Positions 19,396 to 30,866 of a stretch of DNA of 64,000 bases are shown here, piece by piece. Position numbers and translations under genes: made by a program. Source of the DNA: Gammaproteobacteria bacterium AqS3. GTDB lineage: Bacteria > Pseudomonadota > Gammaproteobacteria > MEIF01 > AqS3. The stretch spans positions 9,179 through 73,178 of the forward strand of contig MEIF01000001.1 of NCBI GenBank assembly GCA_001750645.1, given 5' to 3'. Every line of letters begins with the position of its first letter. Position 1 is the first letter of the stretch. Below the pieces are notes generated by a model that saw nothing but the letters and a program-made list of their open reading frames with translations, was not told the origin of the DNA and made no database searches.

Positions 19396-20002
19396 CTTGC
19401 CCTCCATTATCAACTTGGTTAACCAAGCTCCCCTCCTCTCCTTCAGAGCATAAAGCTAGACACTCTTCGCGATTTTTGATCATATATTTCCAGATATCAT
19501 CTTCAAATGTATATGGCATCGTTGACAAACTGCCTGACCGCGTTGACACTATCTTTTTATCCACTAAGCCCATTACAGTTGCATTTCTAGAATTTCTATA
19601 GAATGTTTGATCCTTATTATTTAGACATTCCCATAAAATTTCTTTCTCTGGCACATTTAAATACTGGAGTTTCTTGATCTTATCGCCTAATAATTTTTGT
19701 TTCTCCTTAGATTCCTTTCGTCTTTGAAGAATATATTTCAAAATTCCTTTGGGCCCTAAAATACACATCCACACCAATGCAACTAAACTAAATAAACAAG
19801 ATAAAAAAATTATAGATTTTGTAAGAACAAGCCAAGTTTCAATATCAATAGATGTAGAAAGTCCATGCACGTCAATAAGTGCAACAACCTTATCCCAACA
19901 AACAAGAATAACTAAAGTACCCAGAGAAATAGTGCAAGCGGTAGGCTTCCCCCCATCACGCAGCAATGTTGAGAAAGCTGAAATTTCTGATATCACTGAC
20001 AT
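19382..20002 (-). CDS. hypothetical 2-TM membrane protein
   Basis: 206-aa ORF with two hydrophobic helices at ~25-45 and ~60-85 and a Lys-rich charged segment. It lies directly downstream of the fused DSR2-like gene. Confidence 0.45.
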   Translation of the reverse strand: MSVISEISAFSTLLRDGGKPTACTISLGTLVILVCWDKVVALIDVHGLSTSIDIETWLVLTKSIIFLSCLFSLVALVWMCILGPKGILKYILQRRKESKEKQKLLGDKIKKLQYLNVPEKEILWECLNNKDQTFYRNSRNATVMGLVDKKIVSTRSGSLSTMPYTFEDDIWKYMIKNREECLALCSEGEEGSLVNQVDNGGQDERI

Positions 20003-20050
20003 TCCCTAGCCCGCCCTTAACCATTGGGAGAAAATTTTCTGAATCATTTT

Positions 20051-23000
20051 TTAGCTGCCCTTTCGCTCTCGAACAAAATTCATCAGCTTTTCATATTGAT
20101 CGTTCTCTTTAACAAGTCTAGGTGCCTCTGTTCGTATGACCTTAAGACAAGTTTCAAGTTCATCCTCTGAGATCCAAAGGGTTTCATTTCCGATGACACG
20201 GTTCAAAAAATCTAGTGTTTTATCTGGATAGGTTTTACACCAATCTGATTGACTAAGAATATGAACCAAGAAAAAAGGATCTGATAATGTCTGAAGGAAT
20301 GGACTAATAAAATCAAAAATCTCCGGAAACAACTCTTTATCTACCATGCACAAGCGACCAAGACTTTCGGAAACTCCATCTAAAATATTCCCATTCTGTT
20401 TGGGAAAAATATTTTGCAAATAAGGTTTGATTTGATTTTCCCAACAGTCTTTTATTTCAACTTCCGGAGATTGCAGTGTTCTCTCTAATGCTTGAACCGC
20501 TCTTTGCAAACCTTCTGACGACAGTTTGCTAGTCACCTCTTTCAACTCTTCGTTATTGAATGTGCCATCCGGGTGGAGTGCAATAACAGTGATGAAATCA
20601 GCGTATTGGCCACTATGTTCGCCGAGCTTGTGGTAATGATTCACAGTGTCAAGAACATCGTGTTTGATTGAGCTCATTAAAGGAGGATATACGTAAGGAG
20701 ACCCCAAGAATCCTCTCCAAACGCAAGCCGCCTCGTCAGGAGATTTATCCCAGCTAAATAACGGTGACAGATGCTGGGCCGCCCAATCTGGATCCACGCC
20801 AAATAAAGTGCCCGCATAGTCGGCCAGCACCACACGGCCATGACGATATTTTTCTACATCTGTATTGCTGCATAACTCAGTGAAAATTGGCTTGATTTTC
20901 TCAGGTAATCCTTGATTGGGTTTGAGCGCCTGTCGATACCACCAACGTATCAGTGCCTCAGTAACACAGCCTACGGGATGATTTATGGCATCCAGGACAG
21001 GATCTCTGTCTATTTCCTCATCAAACCCAAGTTCTTCAGCGGTAAAATGCTTAACTCTTGGATCATCTTTGTCCTTTAGATTAAGGATTCGGTTTACAAG
21101 AGTGAAAAAATACTCCTCGTGCTCTTTAAAAGTTTTTGCAGTGGCCTCTAACCATCGAGCAACTTCAGTAGAGGTATCTTGAAGCACTTCTTCTGGGACA
21201 TTAATCAAAATCGGTGCCAGTTTGTTCCAAGATTTGTAAAGAAGTTCTCCCTCCGACCAAACCTGCAAGGCTTTATTCCAGCGTCTAGACGACCAATTAT
21301 TTTCTCCAGCCAACATGGATAGCAAATCAGATGCCGTATCAAACTCGTCACGACAATATTGCTCCCAATTGTCTTGTTTCCAAGGATTGGTGTCAGGGTT
21401 CTGCCTGAGGTATTCGATCAACTTCAAGCTGTTGCGAGGCATCTCAACTTGTTCAGGCTTCTGCGCTCCTTCACTGGTCCAGATAGGAAACTCATCACTC
21501 TCATCTTCCTGTAACTCCCATTCTGGATGATCAGCTTCAAGATTATCCAGCCGCTCTCTAGCTTGTTCACCTAAAACAACACCTGCATCAGCAATCTTTG
21601 CCAGTCTGAGCCAAATAGCCCCATCTTTGATCAGCTCGCGATGCTCAGGCTCAATATCATTCTGAAGCATGGCATCAGGCAAGCCGGCAAGAATCACGCT
21701 CTCCAGCTTCTCCAATCCTTCCGGCATCTCTTCTTGAAGCTTGGGAGTAAGTACCCTCAATAAACGCATGACTTCTCGTTTGGCATCAGACCCCCAAAGC
21801 CATCTGTATTCATCTGCCAAGAGCCAGTCCAATGCCAGATGGTTAGGTATTACCTCGTCTTGCGCTGCAGCGAAAAAGGCGAGCCTGCGAAACAATGGAT
21901 AAGGTATGTCCCACCAAGATTTCGCTTCCCTAGCGGCATGCTCAAGTGATTCCTCTGATGTCTCCTTCAAAGCGAGCCAGGCATCACGGACCAGATCAAT
22001 CAACACCGTCCAATCGTAGTAATTTTTGTTCTGGGGATGTCTACTGATCGAGGGCTGATATATGTAGGACAGATCTCGTTCACTATTTGCCCCCTCAAGT
22101 TCTTCCATAAGTTCGAGAGTATCTCTCAGTAGATTAGTAAATTCTGGCAAGAGTTCAGTGAGCTCAGATTTCCACAACTCATACTCACTAAGTTCTTTGA
22201 TGTATGAATGAACTTTGCCAACAGACAAGGTAATTTCCCAATTAACCAAATCTTTGATGCACTCAGGTTCACGCCCTTTATCATCAACCGTCCGATATGA
22301 CGGTTCACGCAGCAGTATACACGGCGACAGATTCTCACGAAGTTCCCGACGTAAAGTTAACGTAAGTCCATCCTGCTTGAATCGTTCACACCAGTGATGC
22401 ATGCGATACATATCACGATGGCCGGTCTTGGATTTGACATTTCCAGCAAGTAGCAGACGCCAAAGTTTCTGCATTGGCAAGTCCAGAATCCCATTGGGTA
22501 AATTTTCACGAATGTTTTTTAGCTTCGCTGCGTCACCATTACCTTCAAATCCGACCAGTACATCCAGACGGTTTTCAATTAGCCTGGTAATCTCATCATA
22601 TAGCGGCCCGTCGCGCTGAGAGAACCAAATCAGCAGTTTGGGATCATTAAGATAACGCATTAACCGGAGCCCCAGTTGCGGCATTACTTTTTTCCAATTA
22701 TTTCCCTGAGAACCTGCGTCTGCAATCTTTATCAAAAGTGGCAGCTGATCAAAAGAATCAATGGAATCAAGCTCATCAAAGCTCTCGGCGGGCAGATCTC
22801 TAGAATCACTTAATGCCCATAGCATTCGATCAACAACGGTATCTTCTTTGACACTTTCCAAGGGAGGAATTCTTACAGATGCGACGACAACCTGCTCCTT
22901 ACCCTGCACACCATCACTATACGCTTGTGCCCAGATTTTTAACGTTTCATGCAAACATTCATGCTCAGCATCTTCGCAATACAAAATAGGTTGAACGCCT

Positions 23001-23779
23001 TTAATGCCCCACTCATTTTCGACCTTTTCTTTCCCATCGCTTTTATAGCCTCCAAATGCATATATCGACGGCGATGTGCCTTTAATATCTAAAGAATCTA
23101 TAACATAACCTAGCACCCTATCACCAACGCTATGTCCTACAAAACAGATTACATATTTCTTGAATAATTCACGCAAAAAACTTGTTGCCCAATTATCATC
23201 ACCCATATATGCAAAACTAAAATCACGACTTGACAAAATCAGACGATCCAGTTCTGTAGCTATGGGTATATTACTTAAAAGGCCATGAATATAAATCAGT
23301 CCATTCCATCGATTTTTTAGAGAAGGCAGCAAAGGAGGCTGAAAACGTTCAACAGATAACGCCCCCTTATCAATTGCTCTTTCAAACAGACGGTCATAAT
23401 TGGTGGTGATCAAGCGCGTGCAATTATCTCGATTCCTACCAAGCGTAAGCAGTGCCTCGTGAGTTGCTATCTCATTCTGCATATCAGGTTTGGGGGTCAG
23501 AATATTTGGAAGCTCTCGTCTCACCATCTCTCGACCATTGAATGTATTTTTCTCCAGCAAGTGAATGGCCTTATCAAAATCACCAGCTTCTATTGCCAAT
23601 CTGGGCGCTGGATCATTAGGATCTTCAAATTTGGCCAAGAGCTGTTTCGCTAGACATTCATAGCCCGGCAAGCCTGCTTGGAAAGAAATCCCAGCACCGC
23701 AAATAAACACCACACGCCCATCCTCATGAGCTTGCAACAGATGCTCAGGAATATCAGGGCCGTTCGGGACAAATTTCAT
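20051..23779 (-). CDS. DSR2-like defense sirtuin, full-length fused form (SIR2 N-domain + long helical C-domain), unit 1
   Basis: 1242 aa. N-terminal MKFVPNGPDIPEHLL, VVFICGAGISFQAGLPGY, LITTNYDRLFE, LIYIHGLL. The middle carries the linker block LALDWLLADEYRWLW..VMRLLRVL..ILAGLP. The C-terminal blocks are INHPVGCVTEALIRWWYR, KYRHGRVVLADYA and YADFITVIALHPDG. It is collinear with the sum of the two split units. Confidence 0.8.
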   Translation of the reverse strand: MKFVPNGPDIPEHLLQAHEDGRVVFICGAGISFQAGLPGYECLAKQLLAKFEDPNDPAPRLAIEAGDFDKAIHLLEKNTFNGREMVRRELPNILTPKPDMQNEIATHEALLTLGRNRDNCTRLITTNYDRLFERAIDKGALSVERFQPPLLPSLKNRWNGLIYIHGLLSNIPIATELDRLILSSRDFSFAYMGDDNWATSFLRELFKKYVICFVGHSVGDRVLGYVIDSLDIKGTSPSIYAFGGYKSDGKEKVENEWGIKGVQPILYCEDAEHECLHETLKIWAQAYSDGVQGKEQVVVASVRIPPLESVKEDTVVDRMLWALSDSRDLPAESFDELDSIDSFDQLPLLIKIADAGSQGNNWKKVMPQLGLRLMRYLNDPKLLIWFSQRDGPLYDEITRLIENRLDVLVGFEGNGDAAKLKNIRENLPNGILDLPMQKLWRLLLAGNVKSKTGHRDMYRMHHWCERFKQDGLTLTLRRELRENLSPCILLREPSYRTVDDKGREPECIKDLVNWEITLSVGKVHSYIKELSEYELWKSELTELLPEFTNLLRDTLELMEELEGANSERDLSYIYQPSISRHPQNKNYYDWTVLIDLVRDAWLALKETSEESLEHAAREAKSWWDIPYPLFRRLAFFAAAQDEVIPNHLALDWLLADEYRWLWGSDAKREVMRLLRVLTPKLQEEMPEGLEKLESVILAGLPDAMLQNDIEPEHRELIKDGAIWLRLAKIADAGVVLGEQARERLDNLEADHPEWELQEDESDEFPIWTSEGAQKPEQVEMPRNSLKLIEYLRQNPDTNPWKQDNWEQYCRDEFDTASDLLSMLAGENNWSSRRWNKALQVWSEGELLYKSWNKLAPILINVPEEVLQDTSTEVARWLEATAKTFKEHEEYFFTLVNRILNLKDKDDPRVKHFTAEELGFDEEIDRDPVLDAINHPVGCVTEALIRWWYRQALKPNQGLPEKIKPIFTELCSNTDVEKYRHGRVVLADYAGTLFGVDPDWAAQHLSPLFSWDKSPDEAACVWRGFLGSPYVYPPLMSSIKHDVLDTVNHYHKLGEHSGQYADFITVIALHPDGTFNNEELKEVTSKLSSEGLQRAVQALERTLQSPEVEIKDCWENQIKPYLQNIFPKQNGNILDGVSESLGRLCMVDKELFPEIFDFISPFLQTLSDPFFLVHILSQSDWCKTYPDKTLDFLNRVIGNETLWISEDELETCLKVIRTEAPRLVKENDQYEKLMNFVRERKGS

Positions 23780-23848
23780 TGGTACTCACCAAAAACAGAA
23801 ACCGAAGGCATATTGAGCAGCAGGCTTTATACATATTTAATCCTCAAT

Positions 23849-26800
23849 CTATGTCCCGGTCTTTACCGAAATTAAATCCATCAGTTCCGCATAAGTGCTG
23901 ACAACGTCATAGCGAACGTTTTTCGGTGGATCATCTTTACTAATCTCCTCGAAGAACCTTTGTGCGCACTTAATCTTGGCTTGCTCTTCCGGCCTCAGCT
24001 TCATCGACGAAAGGCTGCCCTTCGTTTCGGCAACAAAGTAGATATGACGCACATGGCCTTCTTCAAAGGAGATGGCCCAGTCAGGGTTATAGTCTCCGAC
24101 AGGTGTGGGGATTCGAAAGCCTCTGGGAAGCTTTGCATAGACGATCACTTCCTTTCTTGTATCCAGCTCATCCACAAACTTACGCTCGACAATGCTATCA
24201 ACAATGGCATAGTCAAACACATGTTTTTGAAGCTTTTTGGTGGCTTTGGAGAAGTCCTTCCCCGCCTGCGCCTCTGTGAAAATTCCCACATCATGCCGCT
24301 TGTCAACGGTGTCATAAGTCAGTTTTTCGATGACCATCGCCGCCTTTTGCTCTTTGATTAGCCTACCGGCTTCAAAAATGAACTGCTCAGGGTTTACTTT
24401 GAATTTATCAAACACTTCTTTCTGTATTCCGACAAGAATGTTTGCAACAGTTCGACGGGTCAAATGTGCCGCTTCAGCAATTTCATGTAAGAGATCGTAT
24501 TTGACACTGGAAGGCACAGGCTCCTCATACTCCATTGGAGTGCGTCTTTCTCTTACTTCAAAAATTCCATCATTTTGAACCTGCTCATGTGTTATAGGGT
24601 TGCCAGTCTGCTCACCCTCCTCAACCAGATATTTGAGCGGGGTGACTCTTAACTCCTGATCCAAAGCCTCGACACATTTTTCAACCAACTCATCGCTGTC
24701 AAAGTCCACTCGATAGATAGCCTGGTAATTAATACGTTCCCAAAGTTCTTGAAATTCCTTTTTGTTGAAGTTTTCGTTGAGAAGGTTCGTCTTGGGCCTG
24801 CGTCCATCCCCTATAAAATCAGCCAAAGCAGCGTCACTGTATACGCTGTCAATAAGCTGGAATATCTGCGGTGCATATTCCGCCAAGCCATTGGGCAATG
24901 GAGCCAAGGTTTCTTCTTTTTTGTCTTGATGATATTTGTCTGCCACCTGATCATCTAAATCCAAATAATCATTTTTGATTAAATAACGTTCGATCTGTCT
25001 AGCCATCTCCGGCGTTACTGGAACTTCTTTCTGTTCCAAGCGCAGCACCTTACCCTCAAAATATTCTTTGTTTGCTTTGCGCGGGCGCGAGCCGAGCGCC
25101 GCGGCAATTTCATCCTGCAAGTTTGACACAAAGTCTTTGTAACTCTCGCTGGCAACCACCGTCAGAACATTGATGTCATGCACATCGGCAGGATTGTCCA
25201 TGCGCTCACCAGCCTGATTGACACAGAGGCGCAATCCTCGCCCAACTTCCTGGCGGCGGGAAATCGTATTGTCACTGTGCTTCAGCATGCACATCGTGAA
25301 GACATTGGGATTGTCCCAGCCCTCTCGCAAGGCAGAGTGCGAAAAGATAAACCGCACCGGCTCTTCTTGGGATAAAAGCCTTTCTTTATTGCGGAGAATC
25401 AAGTCATAGGCACCTTCGTCCTCTGAATGCCCCTTTCCTTCTCCAGTTTTTCTCACGCTAGGATCAACCAAATGGCCGCTTTTCTTGTCAATCGAGAAGT
25501 AACCCTCATGCACTTTTGCGACCGGATCACGTTCAAGGAAGGTCCGATATGCTTGATGTTCTGCTGAAAGGCTCTCTGAATACTCCTTTTGAAGTTCCAA
25601 ATATTCCTCCTCAAATATCCGAGCGTATTCGCCTTTCGTATCTTCCTCTTCGTAATCACGGTATTTGGAAACAGAATCAATGAAGAATAGGGAGAGTACC
25701 TTAATCCCCTTGTCATAAAGCGTTTTTTCTTTTTCAAAATGTGCGCGGATGGTTTCACGAATTTGAATTCTCCGTTTGTGCTTTTCAGTGGGATCTTGAG
25801 TTGCCACACCTGCCGCCAGCTCCAGCCCATTTGAAAACTCCACAATATCCTTGTTCGCATCAATCTGTGAGATTTTGAACCCGCTATAGACCTGAAGGCC
25901 ATTTGAAGCCAACACCAGATCGTCTCTATACCTCAATCGCTTCACCTGCCTTTTGATCTTGCCGCCGGCCGTTTTGACCTCTATATCAATTCGGGCAACT
26001 GGTGCATTCTTGGAGACTTCAATCCCTTCAAGATACATGTATGCTTCGGTGCCGGACAGACCCTGCACTTGAATTCCGCGCACGGCAATTTTCTTAACCA
26101 GCTTTTGATTGAAGGCATCCAGCGCATCAAGACAATGCACCTTGTTGTAGGAAGTCTTATGAGTGGCTGAATAGCGCAGAATCATGAGAGGATTGAATTC
26201 TTCCAGCGCTTTTGTTGTTGCCTTGCCCCCCATCTTTTGCGGCTCATCCAAGACCAGGATCGGACGGTTGCTTGCAATCACATCTATAGGCTTGCGCGAC
26301 TGAAAATCATCAAGCTCCATGTAAATGCGGCGCTGATCTTTGCCCCGTGCTGCAAAAGCCTGAGTGTTGATCACCATAATGTTAATTCCCGCATCACTGG
26401 AGAAGCTCTCCAATTCGTGCAGACGCTTGGAGTTGTATATGAAAAACCGCGCCTTTTTATGATAGGTTTCTGCGAAGTGCTCAGCAGTGATTTGCAGAGA
26501 TTTATATACCCCCTCACGAATTGCGATGCTCGGCACCATGATGATGAACTTGGACCAACCATATCTTTTGTTCATCTCAAACATGGTTTTTATGTAGCAA
26601 TAAGTCTTGCCCGTCCCTGTCTCCATCTCAATATCAAGGTTATAGTCGCAATTCGAAGTGGAACTGAGTTCATTCGAAACAGTCAAATTCTGGCGAGTCT
26701 GCACAGCCTGAATATTCTTCAGCACCTCATCTTTTGTCAGCCTAATATTTGCATTTTTAAAACCATCTTCATTACGCCAGAGATACCTGGACTGGCCCGG

Positions 26801-26908
26801 ATCAATGCGATACGAGATGCCATCATTGCGCGGCTGGCCGATAAAACAATCGACAACTGCCCCAACAGCAGCCGTCTGATAAGCCTGTTCTTTGAACTTC
26901 AGTTTCAT
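23849..26908 (-). CDS. res: Type III restriction endonuclease Res subunit (helicase-nuclease)
   Basis: Helicase motif [16 protein letters not shown] and motif [12 protein letters not shown]. Start taken at MKLKFKEQ (ATG 26906-26908) with AAGGA 7 nt upstream. The track's earlier start is an extension. The gene lies 10 nt downstream of mod1. Confidence 0.85.
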   Translation of the reverse strand: MKLKFKEQAYQTAAVGAVVDCFIGQPRNDGISYRIDPGQSRYLWRNEDGFKNANIRLTKDEVLKNIQAVQTRQNLTVSNELSSTSNCDYNLDIEMETGTGKTYCYIKTMFEMNKRYGWSKFIIMVPSIAIREGVYKSLQITAEHFAETYHKKARFFIYNSKRLHELESFSSDAGINIMVINTQAFAARGKDQRRIYMELDDFQSRKPIDVIASNRPILVLDEPQKMGGKATTKALEEFNPLMILRYSATHKTSYNKVHCLDALDAFNQKLVKKIAVRGIQVQGLSGTEAYMYLEGIEVSKNAPVARIDIEVKTAGGKIKRQVKRLRYRDDLVLASNGLQVYSGFKISQIDANKDIVEFSNGLELAAGVATQDPTEKHKRRIQIRETIRAHFEKEKTLYDKGIKVLSLFFIDSVSKYRDYEEEDTKGEYARIFEEEYLELQKEYSESLSAEHQAYRTFLERDPVAKVHEGYFSIDKKSGHLVDPSVRKTGEGKGHSEDEGAYDLILRNKERLLSQEEPVRFIFSHSALREGWDNPNVFTMCMLKHSDNTISRRQEVGRGLRLCVNQAGERMDNPADVHDINVLTVVASESYKDFVSNLQDEIAAALGSRPRKANKEYFEGKVLRLEQKEVPVTPEMARQIERYLIKNDYLDLDDQVADKYHQDKKEETLAPLPNGLAEYAPQIFQLIDSVYSDAALADFIGDGRRPKTNLLNENFNKKEFQELWERINYQAIYRVDFDSDELVEKCVEALDQELRVTPLKYLVEEGEQTGNPITHEQVQNDGIFEVRERRTPMEYEEPVPSSVKYDLLHEIAEAAHLTRRTVANILVGIQKEVFDKFKVNPEQFIFEAGRLIKEQKAAMVIEKLTYDTVDKRHDVGIFTEAQAGKDFSKATKKLQKHVFDYAIVDSIVERKFVDELDTRKEVIVYAKLPRGFRIPTPVGDYNPDWAISFEEGHVRHIYFVAETKGSLSSMKLRPEEQAKIKCAQRFFEEISKDDPPKNVRYDVVSTYAELMDLISVKTGT

Positions 26909-26918
26909 ATCAACATCC

Positions 26919-28833
26919 TTAAATCGCCTTGACCACAGTCTCAGGTGAGAGCTGCTTGAAAATCTGCTCCGCATTGATCTTCAAATCATCACTCACAAAG
27001 CCGTTGTCTCGGAAAACAACACGCTCTGGCGTAAGCTCTGCAATCTTTCTAACCAGCTCTTCTGTTACGCCCTTTTCAAAGCAGGCGATGAGTGCATTGC
27101 CATCCACAAAAAAGACTCTCTTATCCGCAATAACTTCACTACTGATTGGCAGGGTCAAATCCACTCCCCAATCAACAAGAACTTGGAATAGAAGATCTTC
27201 ATGGGTTCGATCAGGTTTGATGTTATCCACCAAGTTTTTAAGGCTTTCTTGACCAGTCTGATCTGGCGTGTAATACACATCCTTCATATTAGATGTATCG
27301 ACCTTCAGGACGCGAAAGCCCACGTCACGGTTCCAGTCAGGATGACACTCTCCCTCAAGTATTTTGTCACCGGCTTGACGGATACGCTCCTTAGAAATTT
27401 CAGCTATTGTTGTGTATCCCCGCTTGAACGCAGGCAGACTGCCATCTATACCTGCCGGTATTTGAACCTGTATAAAACGCCTGTTTCCGCCATCGTTAGC
27501 ATTCAATTCCATAACAGCGTGTGCGGTAGTGGCCGAGCCTGCAAAAAAGTCCAATATGATTGCATCTTTGTTATTTCCGGTGACTGCCTCAATCGCATCA
27601 TAGACTGCCCAAAGACTTTTGGGAAAAGTAAACCCCGCCCCTTCCACAAGGGCATTCACGAGCTTGGTTCCATATTCATTGGCATCGTAACGCTTATCTG
27701 TCCAAACGCTTCTATACTTTCCGAAAGTTTTACCGATTTCGATCTGATATCCATCATCCGATTTTCGAGCACGCAGCATGGCTTCTATTTGCTCAACACT
27801 TTGACGTGAATATCGCCATTTACGCTCAATACCAGAGTTATCAATCGGGTATACATAGGCGACACCATCACACCACTCAGTTTGTTTCGGATGAAAATCA
27901 TCTGCACAAACATCGCCAAAACCGAGAATATTTCCACTCCTAACCTTAACTGGATAAAAACAATTTTTTGCATCGAACCTTTCAGAACCCCCCCCCCCAA
28001 TTTCTAAATTGCGACCAATTCACATTTTCTTCTTTAATTATTCGATTTCCTATTGATTTTGTTCCGCTGGGAAAAACAAAAATAAGATATTCATTAATGT
28101 AAGAAAAATTATTGCCTTGCTGTCCTCTTGGATTATGTATTACGCTTATATATGCATGTTCCCACGCAGTTCCACTAAATATCTCCTTCATTAAAACAGA
28201 GAGTGTTCCAAATTCATTTTCGTCAATGGCACAGACAAGAACCCCATCTTTTGTCAAAAGTGTTTTAGCGACTCTGAGTCTCTGGTGCATCATCGTTAGC
28301 CAATCAGAATGAAACCGGCCGCCAGTTTCAGGATTTGCAACTAATCTTCCGCCTTCTGTATCTCTCTGACCCGACCGTTCAAGAAAATCAGAAGTGTCTT
28401 CGCTAAAATTATTCTTATATATGAGATTTCTTCCAGTGTTATAAGGCGGGTCTATATATATCATTTTGACAGCACCAAGATAGGCCTCTTGCATAATCTT
28501 AAGAGCCTCAAAATTATCGCCTTCGATAAATACGTTCTGCGTCTCATCAAAATTTTTACTTTCGCAAATGCGGGGGCGAAGAGTTTTGATTATCTGCGCG
28601 TTGGCGAGTGCCATCGATTTCCGCTTGCCTGGCCAGTCCAATCGATATCTCTCTTGAGGCCCCTCAACAACTTGATTATTTAACTCTTGCCGGAGCTGAT
28701 CAAAATCCACAACCAAGCGAATCTGACCGGTCGTTTCATCATACGCTTCCGTCACGCAGTTTGGAAAAATCTCTCGGATTCTAGCAACCTTCTCCTGGCC
28801 CATATCAGAACTATGCATCTTTAGCTTGTCCAC
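26919..28833 (-). CDS. mod: Type III N6-adenine DNA methyltransferase Mod, paralog 1, interrupted at a G11 tract (phase-variable, OFF as sequenced)
   Basis: The N-terminal ORF 27982..28833 carries [10 protein letters not shown] (motif IV) and ends ...NWGGGF then TGA, right after the tract. The C-terminal ORF 26919..27779 carries [15 protein letters not shown] (motif I). The central region is homologous to Mod2/Mod3 (YPV..., WRYS...EQIEAM), and its frame relation to the flanks differs between the supplied bases and the ORF track. Confidence 0.85.
27988..27998. repeat. homopolymeric tract, C11 on the plus strand (G11 in mod1 coding sense)
   Basis: Read directly: ...cagaa ccccccccccc aatttc... 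Confidence 0.9.
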
Positions 28834-28875
28834 GGTAACACTCCCAATCGTCCCTCCCGTCTGATACCAAAGTAC

Positions 28876-30824
28876 TCAGATTACTTTGATATCAGTCCTT
28901 GGAGAGAGCTGCTTGAAGATTTGTTCGGCGTTGATTTTAACAGAGTCGCTAACAAATCCTCCGTTTCGAAAAACAACACGCTCAGGTTTGCGATCAGCAA
29001 GCTCTTTAACTAGTTCTTCAGTCACACTAGTTTCAAAGCAGGCGATGAGCACATTTCCATCTACAAAAAATATCTTCTTGTTTTGGATCACTTCATTGCT
29101 GATTGGCAATGCCAGATCCACTCCCCAATCAATGAGAACTTGAAACAAAAGGTCTTCATGCGTTCGGTCAGATTTGATGTTATCTACTAAATTTGCAAGG
29201 TTTTCTTGGTCAGTCTGATCTGGTGTGTAATACACATCCTTCATATTAGATGTATCGACCTTCAAAACACGAAAGCCTACATCACAATTCCGACTTGAGT
29301 CATGCTCTTCATTAACTATTTCCTCACCAGTTCTACGAATGCGTTCTTTTGCAATGTCAGAAATAGTCTTATAGCCCGCTTTAGAAGCTTCAGATTCCTC
29401 ATTGCAAATTTCGGGCAACTGCACCATAACAAAGCGCCGATTACCTCCGTCTTCGGCATTGAGTTGCATCACCGCATGTGCTGTCGTAGCTGAACCAGCG
29501 AAGAAATCAAGTGCTATATCACAGTCTCCTAAGGCAAATTTTGCAAAATGTTTCACAAGATCATATGGCTTAGGCTTATCAAAGATATCCTTCCCGAGCA
29601 GACCTTTCAAATATTCACTGCCTCGACGGGTTGGTATGGTTACGATACTTTTAAGATTATCTTCACTTTCTTGGATATAAAGCTTTCGATATGCCCTATC
29701 ATTTCGATATACGATTCGTCCTTCTTCAAAAAGCTGGTCAATATAGTCCTGCCCCATCCAATGTCGTCCCTCGGGTGCAGGAATGAGCTTGCCCCCAAAT
29801 TTTCTCGGAGGACCTGCCCCTTCTCCAGTTAGATCTACAGGGTAATAGACCTGCCAGTCTTCATCAATATTTACATAATTGCTCAACCATGAATAAAGCT
29901 TTGTTTTGTTTTCTTTATCTTTCTTTCTATAGTATTCAATTTTTTGCTTGATAAATTTAATTCCATCTTCTACTGAACCTCTGCCCTTTCTTATTTTTTT
30001 AATGCCGCTAAGGATATCCTCAGATTCTTTACGTTTTATTCTCCAGCTTTCAAGAAAAGATATATTCTTTGCATAAACCAAAACGTACTCATGCTCTATA
30101 GCAATATAATCACTTACTCTCGAAGAGTTATGCCAAATTATCTGACTTATAAAATTATTTTCTCCAAAAGTCTCATCACAGAGCTTCCTCAAATTTGCAA
30201 CTTCACCATCATCAATAGAAATAAAAATCACTCCATTATTAGCAAGCAAATTACGCGCAAGTTTGAGACGTGGCAACATCATTGACAACCAATCAGAATG
30301 AAAACGCCCAGAAGTTTCCGGATTAGAGACTAGGCGAGCACCATCTTTGTTACGTTGACCACCATCTTTTTCATACTCAAAAAGATTTTTTTTGAAGCTA
30401 TCCTTATAGATAAAGTCCTTACCCGTGTTATAAGGAGGATCAATATAAATCATTTTAATCTTTCCCAAATAAGTTTCTTGGATAAGTTTTAGTGCTTCAG
30501 CATTATCGCCTTCAATAAAGAGATTGCTTGTTTGGAAAAAATTTTTACTTTCTTCTAAATCAGGGCGTAGGGTTTTGAAAGTCGATATATTTCCCAGTGC
30601 AATCGCCTTACGCTTTCCCGGCCAATCTAAGCGGTAGTGCTCCGACCCCCCCCTTGAATTATTCCGTCGCCCAACTCCTGTCGAAGTTGATCAAAATCCA
30701 CAGCCAGGCGCACCTGACCAGTCTCTTCATCCCTAGACTCAGTGACACATCCCGGAAATAACTCGCGGATTTTGGCGATGTTATCTTGAGTCATATCTGA
30801 ACTGTGCATTTTGAGCTTGTCCAT
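28876..30824 (-). CDS. mod: Type III Mod methyltransferase, paralog 2, interrupted at a G8 tract near the 5' end (phase-variable, OFF as sequenced)
   Basis: N-terminal ORF 30627..30824 is [11 protein letters not shown]...LRQELGDGIIQGGG, then out of frame. Another frame continues [19 protein letters not shown]...[10 protein letters not shown] into the 530-aa ORF, which carries [13 protein letters not shown]. One extra G (G9) would fuse the two frames. Confidence 0.85.
30646..30653. repeat. homopolymeric tract C8 (G8 in mod2 coding sense)
   Basis: Read directly: ...tccga cccccccc ttgaatt... Confidence 0.9.
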
Positions 30825-30866
30825 AGCGGCAATACCAGCACCCCAGTCAACTTCACCTTCATAGCC

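Noticed and set aside
27785-28000. 71-aa [17 protein letters not shown]... listed across the mod1 G tract.
   Set aside because: It is an out-of-frame reading of the mod1 central region. It is not reproducible from the supplied bases and not a gene.
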